This document shows positions 1 to 12,079 of a DNA stretch of 64,000 nucleotides, one piece after another (position 1 is the first letter of the stretch; each line of letters begins with the position of its first letter). The notes beneath the pieces are model-generated. The model made no database searches. It was given only the letters and a program-made list of their open reading frames with translations, and was not told the DNA's origin. The stretch lies in the NCBI RefSeq assembly GCF_030384885.1, contig NZ_CP128613.1; one strand, 5' to 3'. Source of the DNA: Escherichia coli. Its GTDB lineage: Bacteria; Pseudomonadota; Gammaproteobacteria; Enterobacterales; Enterobacteriaceae. Made by a program: the position numbers and the translations under genes.

Positions 1-1253
<1,253 letters not shown>

Positions 1254-1274
1254 TATCAGGCATCTGAACCAATT

Positions 1275-1385
1275 GCCTGATACTGATCGCCTGATGCGAC
1301 GCTTACGCGTCTTATCAGGCCTACGAGCCGATGCCATTTTGTGTAGGCCGGATAAGGCGTTCACGCCGCATCCGGCATGTCGTAG
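1275..1385. repeat. REP/BIME palindromic cluster
   Basis: Inverted REP units (gcctgatgcgacgcttacgcgtcttatcaggcctac / gtaggccggataaggcgttcacgccgcatccggcatg) in the glpK-glpX intergenic region. Confidence 0.8.
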
Positions 1386-1483
1386 ACTCTGAAATCGTGC
1401 GGGGGCAACCCCCGCACACATCAATAATCCCGCCCTTCCCCTGTGCTACACTTCGCGCCATTCCTTACTGCTTAGAGTTTGCT

Positions 1484-2494
1484 ATGAGACGAGAACTTGC
1501 CATCGAATTTTCCCGCGTCACCGAATCTGCGGCGCTGGCTGGCTACAAATGGTTAGGACGCGGCGATAAAAACACCGCGGACGGCGCAGCGGTTAACGCC
1601 ATGCGCATTATGCTCAACCAGGTCAACATTGACGGTACCATCGTCATTGGTGAAGGTGAAATCGACGAAGCACCGATGCTCTACATTGGTGAAAAAGTCG
1701 GTACCGGTCGCGGTGATGCGGTAGATATTGCTGTTGATCCGATTGAAGGCACGCGCATGACGGCGATGGGCCAGGCTAACGCGCTGGCGGTGCTGGCAGT
1801 AGGCGATAAAGGCTGCTTCCTCAACGCGCCAGATATGTATATGGAGAAGCTGATCGTCGGACCGGGAGCCAAAGGCACCATTGATCTGAACCTGCCGCTG
1901 GCGGATAACCTGCGCAATGTTGCGGCGGCGCTCGGCAAACCGTTAAGCGAACTGACGGTAACGATTCTGGCGAAACCACGCCACGATGCCGTTATCGCAG
2001 AAATGCAGCAACTCGGCGTGCGCGTGTTTGCCATTCCGGATGGTGACGTTGCGGCCTCGATTCTCACCTGTATGCCAGACAGCGAAGTTGACGTGCTGTA
2101 TGGCATTGGTGGCGCGCCGGAAGGCGTGGTTTCTGCGGCGGTGATCCGCGCATTAGATGGCGACATGAATGGTCGTCTGCTGGCACGTCATGACGTCAAA
2201 GGCGACAACGAAGAAAATCGCCGCATTGGCGAGCAGGAGCTGGCGCGCTGCAAAGCGATGGGCATCGAAGCGGGTAAAGTGTTGCGTCTGGGCGATATGG
2301 CGCGCAGCGACAACGTCATCTTTTCTGCCACTGGCATCACCAAAGGTGATCTGCTGGAAGGTATTAGCCGCAAAGGCAATATCGCCACCACCGAAACACT
2401 GCTGATCCGCGGTAAATCACGCACCATTCGTCGCATTCAATCCATCCACTATCTGGATCGTAAAGACCCGGAAATGCAGGTGCACATTCTCTGA
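1484..2494 (+). CDS. glpX: fructose-1,6-bisphosphatase class II
   Basis: ORF 1331-2494; start moved to the ATG giving MRRELAIEFSRV (336 aa); upstream part of the ORF overlaps REP sequence. Confidence 0.92.
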   Translation: MRRELAIEFSRVTESAALAGYKWLGRGDKNTADGAAVNAMRIMLNQVNIDGTIVIGEGEIDEAPMLYIGEKVGTGRGDAVDIAVDPIEGTRMTAMGQANALAVLAVGDKGCFLNAPDMYMEKLIVGPGAKGTIDLNLPLADNLRNVAAALGKPLSELTVTILAKPRHDAVIAEMQQLGVRVFAIPDGDVAASILTCMPDSEVDVLYGIGGAPEGVVSAAVIRALDGDMNGRLLARHDVKGDNEENRRIGEQELARCKAMGIEAGKVLRLGDMARSDNVIFSATGITKGDLLEGISRKGNIATTETLLIRGKSRTIRRIQSIHYLDRKDPEMQVHIL

Positions 2495-2516
2495 GTGATT
2501 TGATCGATTGAGCCTT

Positions 2517-2544
2517 CCAGTCCTTCGGGACTGGAATTTTTTTG
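2517..2544 (+). terminator. rho-independent terminator after glpX
   Basis: GC hairpin ccagtccttcgggactgg followed by a T-run. Confidence 0.7.
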
Positions 2545-2590
2545 TTCGGAGAACGAAGATAAGGCAAGTCAATCAAAACAGGAGAAAAAC

Positions 2591-3337
2591 ATGGCTGATT
2601 GGGTAACAGGCAAAGTCACTAAAGTGCAGAACTGGACCGACGCCCTGTTTAGTCTCACCGTTCACGCTCCCGTGCTTCCATTTACTGCCGGGCAATTCAC
2701 CAAACTAGGCCTTGAAATTGACGGCGAACGCGTCCAGCGTGCCTATTCCTACGTTAACTCTCCTGATAATCCCGATCTGGAGTTTTACCTGGTGACCGTC
2801 CCCGATGGCAAATTAAGCCCACGACTGGCGGCACTGAAACCGGGCGATGAAGTGCAGGTGGTTAGCGAAGCAGCTGGCTTCTTTGTGCTGGATGAAGTAC
2901 CAGATTGCGAAACGCTATGGATGCTGGCAACCGGTACAGCGATTGGCCCTTATTTATCAATTCTGCAACTGGGCAAAGATTTAGATCGCTTCAAAAATCT
3001 GGTTCTGGTTCACGCCGCACGTTATGCCGCCGACTTAAGTTATCTGCCACTGATGCAAGAACTGGAAAAACGCTACGAAGGGAAACTGCGCATTCAGACG
3101 GTGGTCAGTCGGGAAACGGCGGCGGGTTCGCTCACCGGGCGAATACCGGCGTTAATTGAAAGTGGTGAACTGGAAAGTGCGGTGGGCTTGCCGATGGATA
3201 AAGAAACCAGCCATGTGATGCTGTGCGGCAATCCACAGATGGTTCGCGATACGCAACAGTTGCTAAAAGAAACCCGGCAGATGACGAAACATTTACGTCG
3301 TCGACCGGGCCATATGACAGCGGAGCATTACTGGTAA
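2591..3337 (+). CDS. fpr: ferredoxin/flavodoxin-NADP+ reductase
   Basis: 248-aa ORF with RBS ggag upstream; sequence recognised as Fpr. Confidence 0.92.
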   Translation: MADWVTGKVTKVQNWTDALFSLTVHAPVLPFTAGQFTKLGLEIDGERVQRAYSYVNSPDNPDLEFYLVTVPDGKLSPRLAALKPGDEVQVVSEAAGFFVLDEVPDCETLWMLATGTAIGPYLSILQLGKDLDRFKNLVLVHAARYAADLSYLPLMQELEKRYEGKLRIQTVVSRETAAGSLTGRIPALIESGELESAVGLPMDKETSHVMLCGNPQMVRDTQQLLKETRQMTKHLRRRPGHMTAEHYW

Positions 3338-3341
3338 GCGG

Positions 3342-3770
3342 TTACTTATCGATAAACGGCACGATGAGCAGATCCGCTTTCAACTTATTGATCATCCCGC
3401 GGTATGCCGGCATCAAACGGTTGATAAATGAGTGGTGATGACCACAGACAAGGAGGTCGCACTGCTCTTGTTGCATAATATCCAGCAGTGTTTCCGGCAT
3501 TTCCCCACGTTCAATACGCAGTTTTGTCTTCGGCCATTGAATATTTTTCGTCAGTTTATACAGCTTGTTATCCGACTTATTCTTCAACAATTGAAGAATA
3601 TCCTCTGTTGCAGGGAAGTAGATACCCGGATACAACTCGCTTAAGCCATCATCAATATGAATTAACGTCAGGTGAGCGTCATTATGTCTGGCGAGCTCCA
3701 GGGCTTTATTCACCAGTAAGGCATCTTCTTCATTCCCGGAAATTGCCACGCCAATGTGTTTATAAGCCAT
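3342..3770 (-). CDS. uspD: universal stress protein D
   Basis: 142-aa ORF; Usp-like sequence in conserved position next to fpr. Confidence 0.88.
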   Translation of the reverse strand: MAYKHIGVAISGNEEDALLVNKALELARHNDAHLTLIHIDDGLSELYPGIYFPATEDILQLLKNKSDNKLYKLTKNIQWPKTKLRIERGEMPETLLDIMQQEQCDLLVCGHHHSFINRLMPAYRGMINKLKADLLIVPFIDK

Positions 3771-3796
3771 GTTTAACTCCTTCTAAAGCAACTCCA

Positions 3797-4096
3797 TCAA
3801 GCTAACGAACGCAGTGATAACTCAAAAATAATCATCTCGGCCTGGCATGAGAAGGTGAAGGCCGCATCAAGTTCAACTTGCCCCTCCAGATCCTTAATCT
3901 TATAGGCCACGCTGGCCCCTTCATCCGCAGAGGATGCAGCGGTGGCAAGCTCTTTCAGTTTAGTCATAAAGGACTCTGCTTCTTCGCGGGTGGCAAAAAA
4001 GCGCGAAAACTTACTGGTACAGTTGTCGTTATCAATCACCGTACCGATATCAATCGCACATCCTTTAGTACTGCATTTATCTACGACATCTTTCAT
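3797..4096 (-). CDS. yiiS: DUF406 family protein
   Basis: 99-aa ORF; position and length match K-12 yiiS. Confidence 0.8.
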   Translation of the reverse strand: MKDVVDKCSTKGCAIDIGTVIDNDNCTSKFSRFFATREEAESFMTKLKELATAASSADEGASVAYKIKDLEGQVELDAAFTFSCQAEMIIFELSLRSLA

Positions 4097-4307
4097 AGGG
4101 CACCTCTGTATATTCGCCTCTCTGTCGATTACGACTTAAGAATAATGCGCCGTTAAGGGAAGAACAAACAAGTAATGATCTTATGGATTACCATTTTTTT
4201 TGATATTGCTTAAGGTGAAGAGCTCAGAAGGATTTTCCGGGCATTGTCATTTTCAACGTGGAAATAACAAACCCGGAAAAAAATAGCAGTAAGAGATATA
4301 TTAAAGG

Positions 4308-4748
4308 TTAATTACTTGATTTATTGTCGGCTTTATACTTCACATCCTGAGTATCTTTACCATATTTATTTTCGCCTTGTGTGCCAACAAACGCACCAAG
4401 ATCGATAAACATCATCACCAGAATCAACGTCGGGACAAAACGCCCCACCGCCCATTGCCAGACACCAGGTAAAATCGCCCAGTTACCCGCCAGCAGCATC
4501 CACGCCACAATCATCAGAAATGCCCATGCGCCGGAACGCCCGCGATCATGCAAGCGCTTAACGGTTACTGCCGCTGTTGGCCAAAGCAAGCACACAAGGC
4601 AAAACGCCGCGGTCTGAATATCGAGTAAATTTTTACCCGCCAGTGAGAAAAGCACCAGCATGCCTGCGAACCACAGGCCTATCCAAATCCAGAAATCACG
4701 GCGTCCAATACGCCCTTTAAATGAAAATAACCATTGCTGTATGGTCAT
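4308..4748 (-). CDS. yiiR: DUF805 inner membrane protein
   Basis: 146-aa hydrophobic ORF; synteny. Confidence 0.8.
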   Translation of the reverse strand: MTIQQWLFSFKGRIGRRDFWIWIGLWFAGMLVLFSLAGKNLLDIQTAAFCLVCLLWPTAAVTVKRLHDRGRSGAWAFLMIVAWMLLAGNWAILPGVWQWAVGRFVPTLILVMMFIDLGAFVGTQGENKYGKDTQDVKYKADNKSSN

Positions 4749-4848
4749 GTAAGTTCCTTGATGGTTGTCTTTTCCAGGATTCTACCCTTTTGACAAGGGC
4801 GACAGATATCGTTTTAATCAGAGCCAGTCATAACAAAAGGTACTGTCA

Positions 4849-5448
4849 ATGAAGCCAGGGTGTACGCTGTTTTTTCTCTTATGTTCTGCATTAACCGTTA
4901 CAACAGCGGCGCATGCACAAACACCAGATACGGCAACGACCGCGCCTTATCTGCTGGCTGGAGCCCCTACTTTCGATCTCTCCATCAGCCAGTTTCGAGA
5001 AGACTTTAACAGCCAGAACCCCAGCCTGCCACTGAACGAATTTCGTGCCATCGACAGCAGTCCCGACAAAGCCAATCTCACTCGTGCTGCAAGTAAAATT
5101 AATGAGAACTTGTATGCTTCTACAGCGCTGGAGCGCGGTACCTTAAAAATCAAAAGCATTCAAATGACCTGGCTACCCATCCAGGGGCCAGAGCAAAAAG
5201 CCGCGAAAGCGAAAGCTCAGGAATACATGGCAGCGGTGATCCGCACACTCACCCCATTAATGACCAAAACACAAAGCCAGAAAAAACTGCAGTCGCTACT
5301 AACGGCGGGGAAAAACAAACGTTATTACACCGAGACCGAAGGTGCACTGCGTTATGTTGTCGCGGACAACGGCGAAAAGGGGCTGACCTTCGCTGTTGAA
5401 CCGATTAAGCTGGCGCTATCTGAATCGCTTGAAGGTTTGAATAAATGA
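4849..5448 (+). CDS. yiiQ: DUF1454 periplasmic protein with signal peptide
   Basis: 199-aa ORF with N-terminal signal peptide (MKPGCTLFFLLCSALTVTTAAHA); synteny. Confidence 0.8.
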   Translation: MKPGCTLFFLLCSALTVTTAAHAQTPDTATTAPYLLAGAPTFDLSISQFREDFNSQNPSLPLNEFRAIDSSPDKANLTRAASKINENLYASTALERGTLKIKSIQMTWLPIQGPEQKAAKAKAQEYMAAVIRTLTPLMTKTQSQKKLQSLLTAGKNKRYYTETEGALRYVVADNGEKGLTFAVEPIKLALSESLEGLNK

Positions 5449-5555
5449 CAAAAAGCAAAGCCTTTGTGCCGATGAATCTCTATACTGTTTCACAGACCTG
5501 CTGCCCTGCGGGGCGGCCATCTTCCTTTATTCGCTTATAAGCGTGGAGAATTAAA

Positions 5556-6323
5556 ATGCGACATCCTTTAGTGATGGGTAACTGGAAACTGAACGGCAGC
5601 CGCCACATGGTTCACGAGCTGGTTTCTAACCTGCGTAAAGAGCTGGCAGGTGTTGCTGGCTGTGCGGTTGCAATCGCACCACCGGAAATGTACATCGATA
5701 TGGCGAAGCGCGAAGCTGAAGGCAGCCACATCATGCTGGGTGCGCAAAACGTGGACCTGAACCTGTCCGGCGCATTCACCGGTGAAACCTCTGCTGCTAT
5801 GCTGAAAGACATCGGCGCACAGTACATCATCATCGGCCACTCTGAACGTCGTACTTACCACAAAGAGTCTGACGAACTGATCGCGAAAAAATTCGCGGTG
5901 CTGAAAGAGCAGGGTCTGACTCCGGTTCTGTGCATCGGTGAAACCGAAGCTGAAAACGAAGCGGGCAAAACTGAAGAAGTTTGTGCACGTCAGATCGACG
6001 CGGTACTGAAAACTCAGGGTGCTGCAGCATTCGAAGGTGCGGTAATCGCTTACGAACCAGTATGGGCAATCGGTACTGGCAAATCGGCAACTCCGGCGCA
6101 GGCACAGGCTGTTCACAAGTTCATCCGTGACCACATCGCTAAAGTTGACGCTAACATCGCTGAACAAGTGATCATCCAGTACGGCGGCTCTGTAAACGCG
6201 TCTAACGCTGCAGAACTGTTTGCTCAGCCAGACATCGACGGCGCGCTGGTTGGCGGTGCTTCTCTGAAAGCTGACGCTTTCGCAGTGATCGTTAAAGCTG
6301 CAGAAGCGGCTAAACAGGCTTAA
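5556..6323 (+). CDS. tpiA: triosephosphate isomerase
   Basis: 255-aa ORF; TIM motifs ([20 protein letters not shown]). Confidence 0.95.
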
Positions 6324-6332
6324 GTCTGACAG

Positions 6333-6355
6333 GTGCCGGATTTCACATCCGGCAC
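6333..6355. terminator. hairpin between convergent tpiA and cdh
   Basis: Perfect inverted repeat gtgccggat-ttcac-atccggcac; no clear T-run, so a bidirectional terminator is only probable. Confidence 0.45.
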
Positions 6356-6365
6356 TTAACTCGCC

Positions 6366-7121
6366 TCAACGCAAAATCTCACATTGATGATCCTGGATTT
6401 CCTCGGCTGAAGCACGGTTCAGCGTCAGTAGATTTCGTTGTGTCGCCAGCAACACAAACGAATTATCACTCTGCCGCACCATCGCCAGCCCGTAGCTTCC
6501 CATATGTTCCCGCGCCTCAGGCACTTCTTCTGCAAGCATCATAAATGGGCTGCGTTGTACCAGTTCGCTTTCCGTTACCCGACGCGCCAGATATTCATGC
6601 CCGCGCAAGCCACCTGGCAGCGGCAACCAGCGACTGCTGATGTTCGCCAGATTGTTATCCAGCTGTTCGCGCACATCAGGGCGAATACAAGAGATATGAA
6701 TATGAAAATGGTTTTGCGTACGTCCGGTGCGGGAGTTAATCGCTAAAGAAACCGCGCGATCGGGAACCGGCTGGCCGTATTTTTTGCTCATAAAATCACG
6801 CGCCTGCCAGGCCAACCAAAAGAAGTTCGGCGTTGAAGGATCGGTCAACAAAGGACTTTCAGTACCGTTAATACGATACGTTGGCATCAACAGATATTGC
6901 AGTGGGCCATTAAGATCTTTTAAAACCACGTATCCGGCATTAGGTTTGACTTCCGCACATGGCGAAGGATTTTGATTTTGCTGCTGATTGGGCAAACATT
7001 CCTCAAGGACAATCTTACGTAATGTATCCGACTCTTCACCGGTTAATTTCCAGTAACCAATACCGGCAGCCACAACGGCGATAACTATCATCACCAAAAA
7101 AAGAAGACCCGCTTTTTTCAT
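6366..7121 (-). CDS. cdh: CDP-diacylglycerol pyrophosphatase
   Basis: ORF 6366-7313; start set at [12 protein letters not shown] (251 aa), which avoids overlap with sbp and its terminator. Confidence 0.88.
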   Translation of the reverse strand: MKKAGLLFLVMIVIAVVAAGIGYWKLTGEESDTLRKIVLEECLPNQQQNQNPSPCAEVKPNAGYVVLKDLNGPLQYLLMPTYRINGTESPLLTDPSTPNFFWLAWQARDFMSKKYGQPVPDRAVSLAINSRTGRTQNHFHIHISCIRPDVREQLDNNLANISSRWLPLPGGLRGHEYLARRVTESELVQRSPFMMLAEEVPEAREHMGSYGLAMVRQSDNSFVLLATQRNLLTLNRASAEEIQDHQCEILR

Positions 7122-7176
7122 CTTTTTTTCCCTGTACCTCAAAGAGATGCAAGGGTAACGCAAAATCGTGACAAAT

Positions 7177-7208
7177 AAAAAACCCGGTCGCGAGAAACCA
7201 CCGGGTTT
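7177..7208 (-). terminator. rho-independent terminator after sbp
   Basis: Hairpin aaacccggtcgcgagaaaccaccgggttt followed on the minus strand by a T-run. Confidence 0.65.
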
Positions 7209-7227
7209 GATAATTATCCTGGGGAAA

Positions 7228-8217
7228 TCAGCGTTTGCTGATCTGATCGAACGTACCGCCGTTAGCAAAATGCTCTTTTTGCGCTTTCGTCCAGCCGCCG
7301 AACTCTTCATCAATGGTGAATAACTTCAATTTTGGAAACGCATTTTCGTACTTTTTCGCTACCTCAGCGTCGCGCGGACGGTAGTAGTTTTTCGCGGCAA
7401 TTTCCTGACCTTCTGGCGAGTAGAGATATTTCAGGTAGGCTTCCGCCACCTCTTTAGTACCTTTTTTCTCAACCACTTTATCGACCACCGACACGGTTGG
7501 CTCTGCGAGGATAGACTCACTCGGCGTGACGATTTCGAATTTATCTTTCCCCAGTTCATTCGCTGCCAGCAGAGCTTCGTTTTCCCAAGCAATCAGTACA
7601 TCGCCAATTCCGCGCTCGACAAAAGTGTTAGTGGAGCCGCGCGCGCCAGAATCCAGAACTTCGACGTTTTTATACAGTGCCCGAACAAAATCCTGCGCTT
7701 TTGCCTGATCGTTGTTGTTGTGGTGCAGCGCGTAGCCCCAGGCAGCCAGGTAGTTCCAGCGCGCGCCACCAGAGCTTTTCGGATTAGGCGTGATCACCGA
7801 AACACCCGGTTTAATCAGATCGTTCCAGTCATGGATCTGCTTCGGATTGCCCTTACGTACCAGGAAAACAATGGTGGAAGTGTACGGTGCGGAGTTATCC
7901 GGCAGACGTTTGATCCACTCTTTATCAATCCGCCCGCGTTCCGCAATTGCGTCCACGTCATAGGCCAGAGCCAGAGTGACAACATCAGCTTCAATACCAT
8001 TGATTACCGACGTCGCTTGTTTGCCTGAACCACCGTGTGACTGACGAATCACCACGTTATCGCCAGTTTGCTGTTTCCAGTGGGCGCTGAATGCCTTGTT
8101 GTACTGTTCGTACAATTCGCGCGTTGGATCATATGAAACGTTAAGAAGCTGAATATCCTTTGCCATAACGCTGGTTGCCGCCAGCAAAAATGTTAACCCT
8201 ACGCCCCACTTGTTCAT
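7228..8217 (-). CDS. sbp: sulfate/thiosulfate-binding periplasmic protein
   Basis: 329-aa ORF with signal peptide; recognised Sbp sequence. Confidence 0.93.
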
Positions 8218-8381
8218 CGCCCGACTCTCTTATGTTGTGTTGTGATGAGCAAAGCGTGCCAGAAGGTTAACCAAACATTAAAGAATAAAAAAAGATTGGC
8301 TATAACTTGCGGGTATATGTTGGGGGATTAAAAAGGCGGAAGAAATCCGCCTCATATTGCTGACAAAGTGCGCTTTGTCCA

Positions 8382-8485
8382 TGCCATATGCGGCGCGAAC
8401 GCCTTACACGGCCTACAAAAGTTTGCAAATTCAATAAATTGCAGAATTCATGTAGGCCTGATAAGCGAAGCGCATCAGGCATTTT
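8382..8485. repeat. REP/BIME palindromic cluster
   Basis: gccatatgcggcgcgaacgccttacacggcctac ... gtaggcctgataagcgaagcgcatcaggc between sbp and pfkA. Confidence 0.75.
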
Positions 8486-8536
8486 TGCTTCTGTCATCGG
8501 TTTCAGGCTAAAGGAATCTGCCTTTTTCCGAAATCA

Positions 8537-9499
8537 TTAATACAGTTTTTTCGCGCAGTCCAGCCAGTCGCCTTTGAACGGACGCTTCATGTTTTCGATA
8601 GCGTCGATGATGTCGTGGTGAACCAGCTGTTCGTTCTGGATACCTACACAACGACCGCCGTAACCTGCCAGCAGCAGTTCAATGGCGTAAGCACCCATAC
8701 GGGAAGCCAGAATACGGTCGTAAGGCACCGGAGAACCACCACGCTGAATGTGGCCCAACACAGTTGCACGGGTTTCACGACCAGTTTCTTTCTCGATGAA
8801 ATGCGCCAGTTCGTCAACATCACACATGTGTTCAGTAATCGCCACGATCGCGTGTTTTTTACCTTTCGCGATACCCGCTTTGATTTCGTTTACCAGGTCT
8901 TCACGGCTGAATTCAACTTCCGGAACTACAACGAATTCACAGCCACCGGCAATGGCCGCAGCCAGGGTCAGATCGCCACAATAACGACCCATCACTTCCA
9001 CCACGGAAATACGCTGGTGAGAAGAAGAGGTGTCACGCAGACGGTCGATCGCTTCTACAACGGTGCTCAGCGCAGTGAAGAAACCGATAGTGTAGTCAGT
9101 GCCTTTGATGTCGTTGTCGATAGTGCCCGGCAGGCCGATGCACGGGAAGCCCATTTCGGTCAGACGCATTGCACCCATGTAGGAACCGTCACCGCCGATA
9201 ACCACCAGCGCGTCGATACCACGTTTTTTCAGGTTTTCGATAGCCACAGCGCGGATGTTCTCGTCGCGGAATTCCGGGAAGCGTGCAGAACCGAGGAACG
9301 TACCGCCACGGTTAATCATGTCAGATACGCTGTAACGGTCTAGCTGTACCATACGGTCTTCATACAGACCCAGATAGCCGTCATAAATACCCATTACTTC
9401 CAGACCTTCTGTCAGCGCAGAACGAACAACCCCGCGAATTGCGGCGTTCATGCCTGGCGCATCACCGCCGCTTGTCAACACACCGATTTTCTTAATCAT
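8537..9499 (-). CDS. pfkA: 6-phosphofructokinase I
   Basis: ORF 8537-9595; start set at [23 protein letters not shown] (320 aa). Confidence 0.95.
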   Translation of the reverse strand: MIKKIGVLTSGGDAPGMNAAIRGVVRSALTEGLEVMGIYDGYLGLYEDRMVQLDRYSVSDMINRGGTFLGSARFPEFRDENIRAVAIENLKKRGIDALVVIGGDGSYMGAMRLTEMGFPCIGLPGTIDNDIKGTDYTIGFFTALSTVVEAIDRLRDTSSSHQRISVVEVMGRYCGDLTLAAAIAGGCEFVVVPEVEFSREDLVNEIKAGIAKGKKHAIVAITEHMCDVDELAHFIEKETGRETRATVLGHIQRGGSPVPYDRILASRMGAYAIELLLAGYGGRCVGIQNEQLVHHDIIDAIENMKRPFKGDWLDCAKKLY

Positions 9500-9679
9500 G
9501 ACTACCTCTGAACTTTGGAATGCAAAATGAAATCTGTTGCCGGAAGTCTTCTTGCACATCGAAGTGATCCAACGAATGTGCAAATAGTATAACAATCACT
9601 TCCTGCTGAATTGATTCAGGTCAGGCCAAATGGCGGTATTTTATACACAAAATGCGGGTCTGGCTCTCTTTTATACTGA

Positions 9680-10582
9680 TTATGAAAGCATAGACCGTTT
9701 ACCCTCCCTGGGTACGACGGAACAGGGGTCCTGATGGATAATCACATCCGATCCCGGAAAACGCCGTAAAATAGCCTGCTCTACCTGATCCGCCACCATA
9801 TGTGCCTGAACCAAAGGCAGAGAGTCTTCCATTTCCAAATGAATCTGAATAAAGCGGGTCGGCCCTGACTGCCGCGTGCGAAGATCGTGAGCGCCGCTAA
9901 CACCCGGCCAGGAAGTCACGATATCAATAATTTCTTGCCGTTCCTCATCAGGTAATGCGCGATCCAGTAATGACTGTACCGCCTCATATCCCATGCGTAA
10001 CGCGCTATATAAAATATAGATGCCGATTCCCAATGCAAACAGAGCATCGGCGCGATGCCAGCCGTACCAGGACAACCCCAGCGCCAGCAGAATTGCGCCG
10101 TTCATCATAACATCAGACTGGTAATGTAGCATATCAGCCCGCACCGCCTGGCTTTGCGTCCGGCGCACCACCCACCGCTGAAATGAGACAAGGATAATCG
10201 TACAAATTAGCGCCACAATTGTTACGATAACCCCGACGCCTGGATCTGTCATCGGTGTTGGAGATACCAGATGTTGAATACCCGTCAAAAACAGGAATAG
10301 TGCCGAACCGGAGATAAACATACTTTGCGCCAGCGCCGCGAGGGACTCAGCTTTACCGTGACCAAACGAGTGATTATCGTCGGCAGGTTGCAGGGAATAT
10401 CGCACCACCAGTAAATTCGTCAACGACGCGCCGATATCCACCAGCGAATCCACCAGCGCGGCGAGAATACTCACCGACCCGGTATACCACCATGCAAAAA
10501 TTTTAATCAGCAATAGCAGCGAAGCCATCGCCGTTGCAGCAATCGCCGCCCGACTGACCAGCCGTCCATAAGATTGATTCAT
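9680..10582 (-). CDS. fieF: cation diffusion facilitator Fe/Zn efflux transporter
   Basis: ORF 9680-10624; start set at [13 protein letters not shown] (300 aa); CDF family membrane protein. Confidence 0.92.
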   Translation of the reverse strand: MNQSYGRLVSRAAIAATAMASLLLLIKIFAWWYTGSVSILAALVDSLVDIGASLTNLLVVRYSLQPADDNHSFGHGKAESLAALAQSMFISGSALFLFLTGIQHLVSPTPMTDPGVGVIVTIVALICTIILVSFQRWVVRRTQSQAVRADMLHYQSDVMMNGAILLALGLSWYGWHRADALFALGIGIYILYSALRMGYEAVQSLLDRALPDEERQEIIDIVTSWPGVSGAHDLRTRQSGPTRFIQIHLEMEDSLPLVQAHMVADQVEQAILRRFPGSDVIIHQDPCSVVPREGKRSMLS

Positions 10583-10663
10583 AAATACTCCCGCTATCAA
10601 CTGACGGTAGTATAACGGAAGCAAATCATCTGCAATGCATTAAGCAGTAGGCAAATTGAGGAT

Positions 10664-10730
10664 AAAAAAAACCCCCACATCATGTGGGGGAAGACAGGGA
10701 TGGTGTCTATGGCAAGGAAAACAGGGTTTA
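10664..10730 (-). ncRNA. cpxQ: cpxP 3'UTR-derived small RNA (CpxQ-like), including the terminator hairpin
   Basis: Hairpin cccccacatcatgtggggg plus T-run on the minus strand directly after the cpxP stop; CpxQ is known to be processed from the cpxP 3' end. Boundaries approximate. Confidence 0.5.
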
Positions 10731-11231
10731 CTACTGGGAACGTGAGTTGCTACTACTCAATAGCTTCAACGATGAACTTTTTTGCCATTGCGTCACGTCG
10801 CGCAACTGCTCCATTCGTTGTTGATGTTTCTCGTTTAAAACCGCTTGCTGCTCCGGCGTTAACAGGCGATACATTTGGTTGCGGACTTTTGCCATCTCAA
10901 CCTGACGAGCAATTTGCTCATTCGCCATTTTTTCTGCCTGTGCGCGCACAGCGTTTTCATCAAAATTTTCTGCGGTGACAAGGCGATGCATTGTCTCCAG
11001 TTCGCTAACATTAACAGGCGGCTGTTCGTGCCGGGCCTGTTGCATAAGATCTCGCATCTGCTGACGCTGATGTTCGGTTAAACTTATGCCGTCGAACATA
11101 TGGCTCTGCGTACTGCGCTGCGTAAGTTCTTCACCCGGATGCCAGTTATCGCCTGAACCGACTTCAGCAGCGTGGCTTAATGAACTGACTGCCAGCGTTG
11201 AGGCCATGACGGCAGCGGTAACTATGCGCAT
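10731..11231 (-). CDS. cpxP: periplasmic Cpx pathway inhibitor/adaptor
   Basis: ORF 10731-11234; second ATG gives [21 protein letters not shown] (166 aa); contains LTxxQ motifs. Confidence 0.93.
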
Positions 11232-11304
11232 CATTTGCTCCCAAAATCTTTCTGTCGCGATTCAACGATAGAGAGTTTACGATTCAGGCTGCAAACATGC
11301 GTCA

Positions 11305-11330
11305 GGGGGTGTAAAACAACGTAAAGTCAT
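11305..11330. promoter_or_regulatory. CpxR-P binding site (GTAAA-N5-GTAAA) in the cpxP/cpxRA divergent promoter region
   Basis: gtaaaacaacgtaaag tandem GTAAA boxes between cpxP and cpxR. Confidence 0.7.
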
Positions 11331-11380
11331 GGATTAGCGACGTCTGATGACGTAATTTCTGCCTCGGAGGTATTTAAACA

Positions 11381-12079
11381 ATGAATAAAATCCTGTTAGT
11401 TGATGATGACCGAGAGCTGACTTCCCTGTTAAAGGAGCTGCTCGAGATGGAAGGCTTCAACGTGATTGTTGCCCACGATGGGGAGCAGGCGCTTGATCTT
11501 CTGGACGACAGCATTGATTTACTTTTGCTTGATGTCATGATGCCGAAGAAAAATGGTATCGACACATTAAAAGCACTTCGCCAGACACACCAGACGCCTG
11601 TCATTATGTTGACGGCGCGCGGCAGTGAACTTGATCGCGTTCTCGGCCTTGAGCTGGGCGCAGATGACTATCTCCCGAAACCGTTTAATGATCGTGAGCT
11701 GGTGGCACGTATTCGCGCGATCCTGCGCCGTTCGCACTGGAGCGAGCAACAGCAAAACAACGACAACGGTTCACCGACACTGGAAGTTGATGCCTTAGTG
11801 CTGAATCCAGGCCGTCAGGAAGCCAGCTTCGACGGGCAAACGCTGGAGTTAACCGGCACTGAGTTTACCCTGCTCTATTTGCTGGCACAGCATCTGGGTC
11901 AGGTGGTTTCCCGTGAGCATTTAAGCCAGGAAGTGCTGGGCAAACGCCTGACGCCTTTCGACCGCGCTATCGATATGCACATTTCCAACCTGCGTCGTAA
12001 ACTGCCGGATCGTAAAGATGGTCACCCGTGGTTTAAAACCTTGCGTGGTCGCGGCTATCTGATGGTTTCTGCTTCATGA
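11381..12079 (+). CDS. cpxR: envelope stress response regulator
   Basis: 232-aa OmpR-family response regulator; recognised sequence. Confidence 0.95.
   Translation: MNKILLVDDDRELTSLLKELLEMEGFNVIVAHDGEQALDLLDDSIDLLLLDVMMPKKNGIDTLKALRQTHQTPVIMLTARGSELDRVLGLELGADDYLPKPFNDRELVARIRAILRRSHWSEQQQNNDNGSPTLEVDALVLNPGRQEASFDGQTLELTGTEFTLLYLLAQHLGQVVSREHLSQEVLGKRLTPFDRAIDMHISNLRRKLPDRKDGHPWFKTLRGRGYLMVSAS

Noticed and set aside
1331-1483. N-terminal extension of the glpX ORF (and similar extensions for cdh, pfkA, fieF, yiiM, rhaD, yihM, ompL, yihW)
   Set aside because: The extensions run through REP elements or upstream genes and terminators; the internal starts reproduce the conserved N-termini and expected lengths.
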